From assembly GCA_049297775.1 (NCBI GenBank), contig JBAQUX010000025.1:122835-186834 (forward strand): a stretch of 64,000 bases of DNA, given 5' to 3'. The translations under genes were made by a program, and so were the position numbers. Of the stretch, positions 42,516-52,677 are shown piece after piece. Within the stretch, counting starts at the first letter, position 1; each line of letters starts with the position of its first letter. Source of the stretch: Minisyncoccia bacterium (lineage in GTDB: Bacteria > Patescibacteriota > Minisyncoccia > Phycocordibacterales > UBA2100). The notes below the pieces were generated by a model, which was given only the letters and a program-made list of their open reading frames with translations, made no database searches and was not told where the DNA came from.

Positions 42516-43904
42516 TTACCAAAAGTCTTTATTTCCTGCTTCGTTTGGAATGCCACGTGGAGGGTGTATTGCGTCTTCGTCTCCGCGCTTGCCAAACACA
42601 TGCGTATTGAGTAATACATCATTTGTTTTTGAGTAATCATCAAGTGCAAGCAGTTCACTTGCGCGAATTGGATTTCGTTCCCATGCACGTAAATTAGGTA
42701 GATGCTCAGGGCGCGCAAGAACGACTGTTCTGTTTTTTGTGTCTACATACGCATGAACTTTGTTATGCGCATACGTTATCGGTTGAGAAATAATAAGTGG
42801 ATCAACTTGCGCACCAAACTCTGATGCAACAATTTTGGCAATAGTACGTATACCGTCCCGATATATCTCATCACCAGTTTTTTCTACATGGCTAGTTTCT
42901 GCATCTCTATGTGCACTTTCGTTATGATGAAACTTTCCACCAAAGAGTGTTATCTGAACCGTTCCTGGAACACACACATACGCCAACTCCTTACAGGCCT
43001 TAACGATATTTTTTGCAAATTCTTTAGAAAGTGGATCTGTAACCTGCATGTGCACCGGATTTATATGCGCAAGGAGTGACACCGGCTCCCCTGTTTTTTT
43101 ATCAGTGCCGAATGCCGCGATGCCGAGACAATTCATGTAGCCTTCGGAGTATTTGTCGATAGCATCAACACGTGAAATAACTAAACCTGCGCGTACAGAA
43201 TGTACATCCATTAAGTGTTGCAAATCTTTTTCTTCTGCTGTGCTTAATGCTAACGGAATATATGGCTCTAAATCATCTTCTTCCTCCACACCGTCAAAGT
43301 CATCGTCTTCGAGCGACCCCGGCACCTCTTCCCGATCAATGACCTCATCTTCGTCATCATCCCTTTTATCAATCTGATTCCGCACCCAGCGTTCATGCGC
43401 CTCAAGCGCATCCTCCCTGCGCCTCGTACGTTCATAGAGTTCTCTAAATCTATCGGGAGTCTCTCGCCACGGTGACGGTACATCTCCATCATCTTCCCCG
43501 TAATTTTCGCGCACTTCTCGCTCTTGACGACCCCATCTATCTTCAGGTTTAGGAAAACTTTCGATGACATTATCATGACCATCCACGTCATAATTACCGG
43601 AATGTTCACCGACAACACGAAACCCCTCTTGCTGTAAATATTTTACAATTCCGAAATAGCGAATATGTTTTGGATCTTCCCCATATGCAGCATGCTCAAA
43701 TCGCTCCTTTTTAAACTGTTGCCAGCGTGAGCGCATATTGGGGACGTAACCTCCTGCGTTATCACTTACATACGCAGAAATTTCAGACTTAAGAAGCTCA
43801 ACGTGCATCTGTGGGCCAAGAGTATCTACTTCTGAACTCCCAGTCACCGTGAAGTGTTCGTTCTGTGCTTGAGTGTCACGTTGTTCACCATAACCTCGTC
43901 TCAT
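42516..43904 (-). CDS. Hypothetical protein with a highly acidic D/E-rich central segment (462 aa)
   Basis: Long ORF with no recognisable family. Confidence 0.55.
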   Translation of the reverse strand: MRRGYGEQRDTQAQNEHFTVTGSSEVDTLGPQMHVELLKSEISAYVSDNAGGYVPNMRSRWQQFKKERFEHAAYGEDPKHIRYFGIVKYLQQEGFRVVGEHSGNYDVDGHDNVIESFPKPEDRWGRQEREVRENYGEDDGDVPSPWRETPDRFRELYERTRRREDALEAHERWVRNQIDKRDDDEDEVIDREEVPGSLEDDDFDGVEEEDDLEPYIPLALSTAEEKDLQHLMDVHSVRAGLVISRVDAIDKYSEGYMNCLGIAAFGTDKKTGEPVSLLAHINPVHMQVTDPLSKEFAKNIVKACKELAYVCVPGTVQITLFGGKFHHNESAHRDAETSHVEKTGDEIYRDGIRTIAKIVASEFGAQVDPLIISQPITYAHNKVHAYVDTKNRTVVLARPEHLPNLRAWERNPIRASELLALDDYSKTNDVLLNTHVFGKRGDEDAIHPPRGIPNEAGNKDFW

Positions 43905-43961
43905 GCATATATTGTAGCATTATGTGAGACAAAGATTACGCGTATGCTACAGAAATCAGAA

Positions 43962-44471
43962 TTACGTACTATGTGTATCTTTACGAAAAAACCTCCAGAG
44001 AAATGCAAGGAGAAGTGGGAGAACCATCAGTCCGTGCATATAACTAAATCCAGACTCGCTCATATATCCAGAGACAAGTCCCCAGACGCCAATGTACCAA
44101 AGCAAAATATTGCTCAGCATCATAAGTATCACAGCCTCAACGAAAGAAAAATTAAGAAAAGGTAGGAGGAACGGCGTAAGTGGAAATATCGTCGGGTTCA
44201 TAAGAAAAAACAAAATGCGCCGTTCAATTGGGCGAGCTGGAGGGAAGAATATATGTGCCTGCTTCTTAAGAAATACAAACAGCTTCCTATCTCCATGATT
44301 TTTGAAAACCCAAGAACCTATCGCGTAGCCAGCGAAAATATCGAAAAGAGTCAGCGATACATAGAGCAGATGAATGGTGAGCGAAGAAATTCCATTCGAG
44401 ACTGCGTATCCAATGGCAACTGCAGCAACGAGTGGCTCTTGAAGAAAAAATGCACCGATAAGTCCGAGCAT
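43962..44471 (-). CDS. Hypothetical polytopic membrane protein
   Basis: 169 aa, 4-5 TM helices. Confidence 0.5.
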   Translation of the reverse strand: MLGLIGAFFLQEPLVAAVAIGYAVSNGISSLTIHLLYVSLTLFDIFAGYAIGSWVFKNHGDRKLFVFLKKQAHIFFPPARPIERRILFFLMNPTIFPLTPFLLPFLNFSFVEAVILMMLSNILLWYIGVWGLVSGYMSESGFSYMHGLMVLPLLLAFLWRFFRKDTHST

Positions 44472-44476
44472 ACAAA

Positions 44477-45301
44477 TTATTTTTGAGCTGTAAGTTGCAC
44501 GACTCGCTGTGGCACAGCAAACACTATTCCTTCATCACTGAATCTTTCAGCAATTGTATAGCGAATCTCGCTCAGGATATTTTCATTATAAAAAATTTCT
44601 GTCATCCAAAAACGCAATTCGAATATATATCCATTTTCTCCAAAATCTTTAATGATTGCTGTTGCCTCCGGGGTTTGTTCCACTTTTTGATGTGCATGAG
44701 CACACTGGATAAGGATTTTTTGTACACGCGTCGGGTCAACACCATATGCAACCGAGAGTTTTATTCTAAACCGCGCCGGGCCACGACTGGGTGCGAGGTC
44801 ATGGAGACCCACCGCGAGCACTTTTGAATTTGGCACAATAATGAACTCATTATCAATGGTGAGTAGTTGAGTTGTACGAATACCGATACTATGAATTTTT
44901 CCTTTATATTCACTCGTACTAACTACGTCACCGATATTTATATTTCTATCAAGTAACAAAATAACTCCAGAGATTGAATCCTGGAATAACTGCTGGAGCG
45001 CAAATCCAATACCAACCAAAAGTGCCGCCGAGCCCACAAAGAGGTACGAGAGCGAAACACCAGATACCTGAAATGCGATAATAAGACCGATTCCGTAAAT
45101 AATATATGACGAGAGTTGAGCGAGCGTTTGCCCTTGTTCTTTTCTCAGCTTACCTCTACGAGTTTGTAGAAAAATAAAAAAGCGACTCACCCACCGTACA
45201 CCAATGGCAACAATAATGACACTCAGAAAAACTGCGACTTGCCATGCAGTTATGGTTATATTTGAAACAGTGAGGAGTGGCGTTGAGAATAATGCATCCA
45301 T
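44477..45301 (-). CDS. mscS: Small-conductance mechanosensitive channel
   Basis: TM helices followed by the conserved MscS beta-domain (GDVVSTSEYKGKIHSIGIRTTQLLTIDNEFIIVPNS). Confidence 0.85.
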   Translation of the reverse strand: MDALFSTPLLTVSNITITAWQVAVFLSVIIVAIGVRWVSRFFIFLQTRRGKLRKEQGQTLAQLSSYIIYGIGLIIAFQVSGVSLSYLFVGSAALLVGIGFALQQLFQDSISGVILLLDRNINIGDVVSTSEYKGKIHSIGIRTTQLLTIDNEFIIVPNSKVLAVGLHDLAPSRGPARFRIKLSVAYGVDPTRVQKILIQCAHAHQKVEQTPEATAIIKDFGENGYIFELRFWMTEIFYNENILSEIRYTIAERFSDEGIVFAVPQRVVQLTAQK

Positions 45302-45344
45302 ACCGCATTATATGCGTCACATACACAGATGCAACACGTCGATA

Positions 45345-45827
45345 CTATTCTAATTCTCTCAGCAAACTCGCAACATCAAGTCGCTCGGTAAACATCTCTA
45401 ATTCTCCATCATTTTTTACACGCCATTCTGAACGCGGCCTGTCTGTGTACAGTTCAACACCGATGCCGTCTGGATCATTAAGATACAGCGCCTCAGAGAC
45501 GCCGTGGTCGGCGGTCCCTGTGAGCGGATAGTGTGCATCGGTAATTTTTTTTAATACCTTTGCCAATTCCTTGCGAGAAGGATACAAAATCGCAAAATGA
45601 AAGAGTCCAGAGTGACCTGCTGGCGGTGGTGTCACTCCTTTCCCTGCCCATGTATTAAGACCAATATGATGATGGTATCCACCGGCAGAAAGAAACACTG
45701 CAGAGGCACCGTATCGTGTCGTCACTTCAAAACCAAGTAAGTCGCGATAAAATGCGAGAGAGCGTTCGAGGTCAGCAACCGTTAAATGCACATGGCCAAT
45801 GGCAACTTCTGGATGTACAGCAGTCAT
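45345..45827 (-). CDS. VOC/glyoxalase-family protein
   Basis: IGHVHLTVADLERSLAFYRDLLGFEV...YHHH motifs. Start taken at MTAVHPE. Confidence 0.75.
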   Translation of the reverse strand: MTAVHPEVAIGHVHLTVADLERSLAFYRDLLGFEVTTRYGASAVFLSAGGYHHHIGLNTWAGKGVTPPPAGHSGLFHFAILYPSRKELAKVLKKITDAHYPLTGTADHGVSEALYLNDPDGIGVELYTDRPRSEWRVKNDGELEMFTERLDVASLLRELE

Positions 45828-45834
45828 AGATAAA

Positions 45835-46023
45835 CTATTCGTGCTTGATAAATAGATACAAAAAATAGACTGCGGTAGAGACAAATACTACCCACCACAA
45901 CATAATAAATGGTGCGAGATACTCACTAAAGTAAAGCGCTAAGAGTATGCCACACGATACACAGCATGACTTAAGTAATCCTGCTTGCCACCATGTAAAT
46001 GTCCATGAAGAAAATATGTTCAT
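45835..46023 (-). CDS. Possible small membrane protein (62 aa)
   Basis: Two hydrophobic helices; ends 8 nt upstream of the VOC start. Confidence 0.3.
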   Translation of the reverse strand: MNIFSSWTFTWWQAGLLKSCCVSCGILLALYFSEYLAPFIMLWWVVFVSTAVYFLYLFIKHE

Positions 46024-46089
46024 AGGTACCTGTTATTTAATAATAATAAGTATACCAAGCGGACGCACTTCTCGCTCCCATTATGCACC

Positions 46090-47097
46090 TTACCTGCGCC
46101 CCCGCTCTTGAGGCCCAGCAATGATCGCGTCGTAGCTAGATTGTGAAATATAGACAGGTGTATAGGTACTCCCTAGAGAGTTAAGATTTCGTGTAAATGC
46201 GCGCAAGTGATTACGTGAACCTTTTTGTAAATTACGATATACACTCAAAATATCTTCACGCACAGTTTCCTTCATGCGAACATCAAGATCAAAGGTATCT
46301 AAGTCCTCTACTGTCGCCCCAACGACAAGCGCATCGGTGTTAGAGCGCATACCTTGTTCAAGTAATTTGGTATAGATGTTTTGTAATTGTGGAGATGTAA
46401 AAACTCCAACACTATTTGAGACAACAGGGTCAGAAATTTCATATGCCTGTAACAATCCTCGCACCGCATCAGTATGAGTCTGTTCTGACATAGCTATGTT
46501 TGAAAAAATTTTTGTACCCCACTTTTCTCCGAGCACTGTGTAGATATCGTGTGCCAGTTTTTCTTCTTCGCGCATGTACACGAGACCAGCAATCTCTGTT
46601 TCTGTAAGCACTGAAGGGATAGCTTCTTTTGCTTTTGAAAACGCTCCATTCGCCAGCATGTCACTTGTATCTACAACATACTCATCAACTGTCTGCACAG
46701 AAGTATCTTGCACCAAGGTAATTGTCTGTTCATTACCCGCAATACCACCTGCAAGTTCATAAACTCGAGAAATACCTCCTGAGGTAAACACAGGAAGACT
46801 TTTGTGCGTCCTGCTTCCAGAGCGACAATAGATAAAGTACGTCTTCGCAACGTCAAGTTCGCTCACCTTTTGAGCAAAATTCTCGTCATAGAAATTTATA
46901 TTGAGTGCATCAAGGATATGTCCAGATGCATACTCTTCGGGTGTACGTATATCAATGAGCACTGCATTCTCAGTGCCGTGATATAACTTCATGAACGCTA
47001 CTCCATCAAGTGCAGATGAAGAAGTGGTACCTGGCAAAACAAATGCAATACTTCCAAGAAGAGCAAAAGTGACGAGGGCAAATATATATTTTCTCAT
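46090..47097 (-). CDS. Rhodanese domain fused to a ferritin-like DUF2202 domain, secreted or anchored
   Basis: Rhodanese active-site loop CRSGSRT; C-terminal SEQTHTDAVRGLL...NLQKGSRNHLRAF ferritin-like pairs. Confidence 0.65.
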   Translation of the reverse strand: MRKYIFALVTFALLGSIAFVLPGTTSSSALDGVAFMKLYHGTENAVLIDIRTPEEYASGHILDALNINFYDENFAQKVSELDVAKTYFIYCRSGSRTHKSLPVFTSGGISRVYELAGGIAGNEQTITLVQDTSVQTVDEYVVDTSDMLANGAFSKAKEAIPSVLTETEIAGLVYMREEEKLAHDIYTVLGEKWGTKIFSNIAMSEQTHTDAVRGLLQAYEISDPVVSNSVGVFTSPQLQNIYTKLLEQGMRSNTDALVVGATVEDLDTFDLDVRMKETVREDILSVYRNLQKGSRNHLRAFTRNLNSLGSTYTPVYISQSSYDAIIAGPQERGRR

Positions 47098-47098
47098 A

Positions 47099-47338
47099 TT
47101 AGTTTGATATAAGTGTGTCTAGTAACTCAGGATTAAACCCGACGAGGATTTTTCCATCAATATCAATTACAGGAACTCCCATTTGACCACTTTTTGCAAT
47201 CATCTCTCGAGCGGCCGCATGATCTTTTGATACGTCGATGTCAGTAAATGGCACTTTCATATTTCTAAAGTATTCCTTAGCAAAAACGCAATACGGGCAT
47301 GTAGGGGTTGAATATACGGTTACGGTGTGTGTTTTCAT
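47099..47338 (-). CDS. Glutaredoxin-like protein (NrdH/Grx fold)
   Basis: CPYC active site; 79 aa. Confidence 0.85.
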   Translation of the reverse strand: MKTHTVTVYSTPTCPYCVFAKEYFRNMKVPFTDIDVSKDHAAAREMIAKSGQMGVPVIDIDGKILVGFNPELLDTLISN

Positions 47339-47359
47339 ACAATTTTCTTAAATGGATAA

Positions 47360-47653
47360 TTAGCGATATTTACATATGTGACGCTTCAAATCTCTAATAA
47401 AACTTTCATGTGAAAGCGAGTAATATTTATGTTTACCTTCACGCTCTGCTATGAGCACACGCTCTCGAACCAGCACTTGTAAGTGGTGAGACGTTGTAGC
47501 AACGGTCATCTCAGTACGCCCCGCAATATCCGACACACATGCACGTGTATGTGTAATAAGCGTGCAGAGTATACGCAATCGCCCCTCGTCACCTACAGTG
47601 CGGAGCTGTTTTGCAAGTAAACGCATTTTTTCTTCTGAGGAAGCCGTTGTCAT
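47360..47653 (-). CDS. ArsR/SmtB family transcriptional regulator
   Basis: LRILCTL...CVSDIAGRTEMTVATTSHHLQVL winged-HTH. Start taken at MTTASSEE. Confidence 0.85.
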   Translation of the reverse strand: MTTASSEEKMRLLAKQLRTVGDEGRLRILCTLITHTRACVSDIAGRTEMTVATTSHHLQVLVRERVLIAEREGKHKYYSLSHESFIRDLKRHICKYR

Positions 47654-47655
47654 AA

Positions 47656-47690
47656 ATAATACATTCAAATGTATGTTTGAATGTTATATG
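47656..47690. promoter_or_regulatory. Overlapping dyad repeats in the arsR / ypfJ-like divergent promoter region (candidate ArsR operator)
   Basis: aatacattcaaatgtatgtttgaatgttat contains tacatt-ca-aatgta and cattcaaa-N6-tttgaatg inverted repeats. Confidence 0.45.
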
Positions 47691-47752
47691 ACGAAGTCAT
47701 ACTTGTCAACGTACCATAGACACCTGTAAAAAAGCAGTGTACTCTTTCACCC

Positions 47753-48553
47753 ATGGCAAACTGGGACAACATAGAATCAAGAGGTACGGTGCAGGACCGA
47801 CGAGGCTCCAGCGCACGTGTAGGTGGTAGTATCGGCGTTGCAGGTGTCGCTGTCCTCCTCTTAATTAATTATCTGCAAACAGGTACGGTAGATGTACAAA
47901 CGCTTGCACAGGAACTCAATCAAATGCAGGAACAAAGTGCACACAGTCAAACAGTGGACACAAAGGAATTTGAAGGAGTGGATAGCTATGAACGCTTTGC
48001 CTCTACAGTGCTCGGTTCTACAACTGACACATGGGCAAGTATTTTTGAACAAAGTAATGCCCCAACATATACTCCTCCAGGATTTGTACTCTTTAGAGAC
48101 GCAACCGATTCTCGCTGTGGTGGTGCCTATGCACAAATTGGCCCACACTACTGCCCTGCTGATGAAACGGTATACCTCGACGAAACATTTTTTGAGGAAC
48201 TCCAAACACGCTTCGGTGCATCAGGTGACGTAGCACAAGCATATGTCATCGCGCACGAAGTAGGACATCACGTCCAAACACTTCTTGGTATTGAACAAGA
48301 ATCTGTGACTCAGGAACTACAGGCAGATTGTTTTGCGGGCCTGTGGGCATTTTCTATACGAGATCAGAATGTGTTTAACCCAGGAGAGATAAAAGAAGCG
48401 CTTGATGCAGCGTCTGCAGTTGGTGATGACCACATCCAAGAAATAACGACTGGAGAAGTACATCCAGAAACATGGACTCATGGCTCTTCAGAACAACGTG
48501 TTGCTGCGTTTAATCGTGGCTACACATCAGGCATATTACAAAAGTGTCTGTAA
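47753..48553 (+). CDS. Neutral zinc metallopeptidase, YpfJ family, with an N-terminal TM
   Basis: HEVGHH zinc-binding motif in a YpfJ-like context. Confidence 0.75.
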   Translation: MANWDNIESRGTVQDRRGSSARVGGSIGVAGVAVLLLINYLQTGTVDVQTLAQELNQMQEQSAHSQTVDTKEFEGVDSYERFASTVLGSTTDTWASIFEQSNAPTYTPPGFVLFRDATDSRCGGAYAQIGPHYCPADETVYLDETFFEELQTRFGASGDVAQAYVIAHEVGHHVQTLLGIEQESVTQELQADCFAGLWAFSIRDQNVFNPGEIKEALDAASAVGDDHIQEITTGEVHPETWTHGSSEQRVAAFNRGYTSGILQKCL

Positions 48554-48569
48554 AAAATAAATATACGTT

Positions 48570-49091
48570 ATGGAAAAAAATATACTCAACAGCATAGGAG
48601 AAACACTGTTCAAGCTACGATTTCTCATGTCATTCTTTTATGTCGGCTTAGTTGTGATTCTTGTTGCGGTACTATTAAAATTTGGAGTTGAAATCGTACA
48701 CCTACTTACCTATCTCATTACAGAAGATATCTCAAAAATAAGTTTAATCATCAAAGTACTTGAACTTGTAGATATGACCATGGTCGCCCAACTTGTATGG
48801 GTCGTCGCCTTGGCTGGTTTTTCTTTGTTTGTGACAAACGACCACTTCGAAGGAAAAGATGTGCAGAAACCTGACTGGCTTGAACGCGTAAACACCTACA
48901 ACCTAAAATTAAAGCTAGCCTTTGCGATGATATCTATTTCTGGCGTTCATGCACTAAAGACATACCTTGAAGGTAGCTTACCTAAATACGATATTGCAAT
49001 TATCGCGGGGATACATATGATGTTTGTACTTGCAGCAATTGGTATAGCATTTGCTGAGTATTTGACTCTTTCAAAAAAGGGCGACCACTAG
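48570..49091 (+). CDS. yqhA: UPF0114/YqhA family membrane protein
   Basis: Clear co-linear similarity to E. coli YqhA along the full length (LKF..EI.H.L...DMT.V..L...). Confidence 0.8.
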   Translation: MEKNILNSIGETLFKLRFLMSFFYVGLVVILVAVLLKFGVEIVHLLTYLITEDISKISLIIKVLELVDMTMVAQLVWVVALAGFSLFVTNDHFEGKDVQKPDWLERVNTYNLKLKLAFAMISISGVHALKTYLEGSLPKYDIAIIAGIHMMFVLAAIGIAFAEYLTLSKKGDH

Positions 49092-50038
49092 CGTTCACGC
49101 ACCTGCCCGCACGGGACACTATCTTCTGCAGTACCCAATGCGATTACAAAATGACTGGTCGTTTCTTTGGTAGCAACATCATGCAACAATCGTGCTGCAT
49201 TTGTATGTGATAAAAATCTTTGATGCGAAAATCCTTGCACTTGCGCAACCGAAAGCACAGTAGCAAGACACTGGGGGCAATCGCTTTGTTGTGGATTAAG
49301 GAGTGCTCGAATTTTTTCAATATCACCTGAACATACGGTGTCAGTAGTTAGAGCATCCATAACGTCAGACTCACTGAGAGTAAGGTAATGCGAGAAGTCT
49401 GAGCTCACCACCAGCACGGTATCTGGTGCAGACATCAACTCTCCGACTAATTTCTGAAAACGAATTTGGTCATCGCGCGTTTCATTTTTTCGCACAGAAA
49501 GCATAAAAGGCACAATGCGCGCATCGGGAGCGTAGTGTGCGATATACGGCACAATACTAAATACTCCATGTTCTGTAATGAATCCATGAGAAAGTGACAC
49601 ATAGCCTCCACTCTGACGAGCCTGAGTAATTAATCCTGAGGCAACATGCGTTGTGCCAAAGAAAGTGGTGAAATGCCCGTACGTCGTACACACATATGTT
49701 GGACACTGCTGAAAGTGATCTGGCGAGATAAGAATGACTGTGTTTGGGCGAGCACGAGTTACTACAGACACGCCACGTGCAAGTGCCTCTGTAGCAACAA
49801 GATGGTGCGGGACTACGACAGCGCGTACATCTCCGAAAACAGTATCGTTCTCTTTCTGCGCAACCTTTTTAATGCCAGCAACGACAGCCAAATCTAGTTG
49901 TGCATCTGATGCGCGGTACGAAAAATCTTCAGGTGCGCGCAAAAAAGATACACCCACATATAAAAGTATGCAGGTGATTACTACTACTGCTACCGCGTAC
50001 CAACGAGCTCTGTATACCATGCGGGGATGAGTGGCCAT
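49088..50038 (-). CDS. MEMO1-family protein (AmmeMemoRadiSam system protein B-like) with an N-terminal TM
   Basis: VVPHHL...ILISPDHF...SHGFITEHG...DFSHY motifs. Confidence 0.7.
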   Translation of the reverse strand: MATHPRMVYRARWYAVAVVVITCILLYVGVSFLRAPEDFSYRASDAQLDLAVVAGIKKVAQKENDTVFGDVRAVVVPHHLVATEALARGVSVVTRARPNTVILISPDHFQQCPTYVCTTYGHFTTFFGTTHVASGLITQARQSGGYVSLSHGFITEHGVFSIVPYIAHYAPDARIVPFMLSVRKNETRDDQIRFQKLVGELMSAPDTVLVVSSDFSHYLTLSESDVMDALTTDTVCSGDIEKIRALLNPQQSDCPQCLATVLSVAQVQGFSHQRFLSHTNAARLLHDVATKETTSHFVIALGTAEDSVPCGQVRER

Positions 50039-52593
50039 GAATCCTTTGGTTGATACGTAATGCTATAATCACCACCATCATTTGTGTAAAAATTGTCCTG
50101 CCATGCCTCGTCAGTAAGTCGTGTATCAGATAAAAATTCATAGTGCGAGTATGTAAAACCAGTAGTGAGTCGTGCACCATTCGCATCCTTTACCGCAACG
50201 AACAGTACGCGCGGTACTCCAGTTCCCTCCTCTAAAATTCCTTCATCACTCGTGTGTACGTCGGCAACCACTGCTGAGCGCTTATCTTTTATAGGAAGTA
50301 TCGGGCCTTCAACGGGGAGCGGGAGTATGTCACGCATGCGACGAGTAATACCAATGCGCAACTCTTCAGCGCGACTCTGTGCTGCAACGAATGTTCCTTC
50401 TGCATTCCCAACATACTCAACACCAGCGCGTACCACTGATACTGACGGATCGATATATTGCTGCGTACAATTTGGGTCTTTCTCAAGTACTACTTTTTTT
50501 GAAATAGTTGGCTCAGAAAATGCAGTGTTCGCCAATTGCAATGCAGTATACTCCCGAACTACATCAAGAAGCTCTATGTAACTTTTAAGTCGCGGAAGAT
50601 TTTGTAAGGAAATATTACGTCCGCTGTATTCCGCATACAACATGCGTGCTGCATAATGCAAACGGTCATACGCATCTGGTTGTGGTTCTACGTATCCGTA
50701 AGTAGGCTTTGGGATTACCCGTATATCACACGTGTCTGCATCACCGCCCCCTCCCATCTCTGCAAATGATTGCTTTGCATAAAGGATATTTGTATGACGT
50801 AACTCAGTCCAAAAACCAGATGCCGTAAGGAGTGTTTTTGCCCCCCATACCGGTGACTGCATAAATTGTGGGAGTTGTGCACGGTTGTCTTGTCCCCACT
50901 CAAACATGCCAGAAATGGACCACAGGATACTGGTAACTTGATTACTGCTCCAGTAACCAGTACCCCAATTATGTGATTCTTGAGCAAGTTGCATGAGTCT
51001 CGTATCTATCGCCTCTTTATGTTCTTCATAGAACAGAAGCTTCGGTAATTGCGCACGTGCATATTCAGACCCAAGTATACTCATAACCTGCAGTGAAGAA
51101 GCGCTCCGTGGCAACTTCATGCCCGCGACGTCTCCCGCTTCGTCCCCTTGGGTGAGCATCCCCGTCCAGTATGAGTCCGGAATAAACTTTTGACTAAAAA
51201 ATCGCATACCTCGTGTTGCATCAATTACCTCCTTACGGGTAACTACTCCCACCGTGCTGTATGTTGCTGGTAATCCTTTTATGCGAGCAGGTGGCTTTTT
51301 CGAATCTAAAAATGGCAACAATTTTTCTGGCACAAAAGCCTCAGCACCAAGCGTGCCTACAGCATCAGCATAGTCTTCTACGTCTAAATCATCGCTATCG
51401 CCAACCAATTGAGAAAGGAAGCTTGAAAGCGATGTGTACTCCGCACGCAATTCAGGGTGTGTGTACATCAACTCACCAATACGAGTTGCATATGTCGTTA
51501 ACTCAGGACTGCGTGTAAAGAAAGGTATTTGTTGATACCACTGCACTGCTCTAAAATACTGCCGACGCAATGATGAGCTCGTATAAGAACCGCGAACGGT
51601 AAAAAGAGAAAACGGCACAGAGAACTGAATATCGCCTGGGATATGCGTATACTCTTCTTTAAAAATATTTGGTATGGCCTTCGGTGGTGTGCTGTATATG
51701 AGCGCGATATCTGCAATAACCGCGCGCTCACTCTCTGCATCAAGATGAAGATTTTTAACAAACGCAACTACATGTGCTTCTGTATCTACATCCGCATCCT
51801 TTTTATTATGGGCGCGTTGCATGTCCTCAAGCGACATAGTGTTTGATTCCTCAGAATTCCAATATGCTTTGGCATCCAAGGGTGCCTGGACGGTAGCAAG
51901 GAGTGCGTACGGTACGGCAAAATACCTACGTACCTTTTGTGATTCTTGGCGTGTCTGTTCATCGGTAGCTGTAGCAACTTGTACTGAAACATCGTCATAC
52001 AGTTTCTTTGTCGTTGCGTACACTTGTGGATAGAGGTAACTGTTTTCTGTTTCCTTTAATAATTCGAGTGAGAGCACAGAATACAAATGCGTCATCGAAT
52101 CAGCAGAAATAAAAGGTGCATGTGCGGGCGTGCGCGCCTTATAATCACTCTCCCCTTCAATGCTTGCATAGAGGGCTGGAAACTCACGCAATGCATCACC
52201 CACACGGACCGGTGTAAGATTTGTATCTAAGACATTTTTTATGAGAAATTTATTTTTCTCGAGTTTTTCTAAGTCCTGCGGAGAAAAAACCACCCCGAAC
52301 TCCTTTTGCACATCTCCGATATTAGTAATTTCATCGAGTGAAAACTTTTGAGCAATTCCTGGCGCGAGTGTAATCTTTGTTTGCTCGAATGGCACTAAGG
52401 CAGTTCCAGGCAACGAATCAGCATCTTCAGAACTGGTGGTAAACAGATCTGTAACGGTAGAAGTTGGCTGTGTAGCCGACACTCTGCGAAGCGTATCAAG
52501 TCCGAAGTACACCAGTGCACAAAGTGCGCATACACCGATAAGCGTTGCCGTAAGTATTCGTGACGCATGTGGAGCTGTAGTTTCTGGAGGCAT
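49990..52593 (-). CDS. Large hypothetical exported or anchored protein (867 aa)
   Basis: N-terminal TM/signal anchor, then an 800-aa globular region with no recognised family. Confidence 0.6.
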   Translation of the reverse strand: MPPETTAPHASRILTATLIGVCALCALVYFGLDTLRRVSATQPTSTVTDLFTTSSEDADSLPGTALVPFEQTKITLAPGIAQKFSLDEITNIGDVQKEFGVVFSPQDLEKLEKNKFLIKNVLDTNLTPVRVGDALREFPALYASIEGESDYKARTPAHAPFISADSMTHLYSVLSLELLKETENSYLYPQVYATTKKLYDDVSVQVATATDEQTRQESQKVRRYFAVPYALLATVQAPLDAKAYWNSEESNTMSLEDMQRAHNKKDADVDTEAHVVAFVKNLHLDAESERAVIADIALIYSTPPKAIPNIFKEEYTHIPGDIQFSVPFSLFTVRGSYTSSSLRRQYFRAVQWYQQIPFFTRSPELTTYATRIGELMYTHPELRAEYTSLSSFLSQLVGDSDDLDVEDYADAVGTLGAEAFVPEKLLPFLDSKKPPARIKGLPATYSTVGVVTRKEVIDATRGMRFFSQKFIPDSYWTGMLTQGDEAGDVAGMKLPRSASSLQVMSILGSEYARAQLPKLLFYEEHKEAIDTRLMQLAQESHNWGTGYWSSNQVTSILWSISGMFEWGQDNRAQLPQFMQSPVWGAKTLLTASGFWTELRHTNILYAKQSFAEMGGGGDADTCDIRVIPKPTYGYVEPQPDAYDRLHYAARMLYAEYSGRNISLQNLPRLKSYIELLDVVREYTALQLANTAFSEPTISKKVVLEKDPNCTQQYIDPSVSVVRAGVEYVGNAEGTFVAAQSRAEELRIGITRRMRDILPLPVEGPILPIKDKRSAVVADVHTSDEGILEEGTGVPRVLFVAVKDANGARLTTGFTYSHYEFLSDTRLTDEAWQDNFYTNDGGDYSITYQPKDSWPLIPAWYTELVGTR

Positions 52594-52677
52594 AAAATTA
52601 TGTATGAATAAGTCGTATCAGTATAGCAATAAACATGTATGCGGAGATACCTCTGTAAACACCTGCGCGAGTAACAT

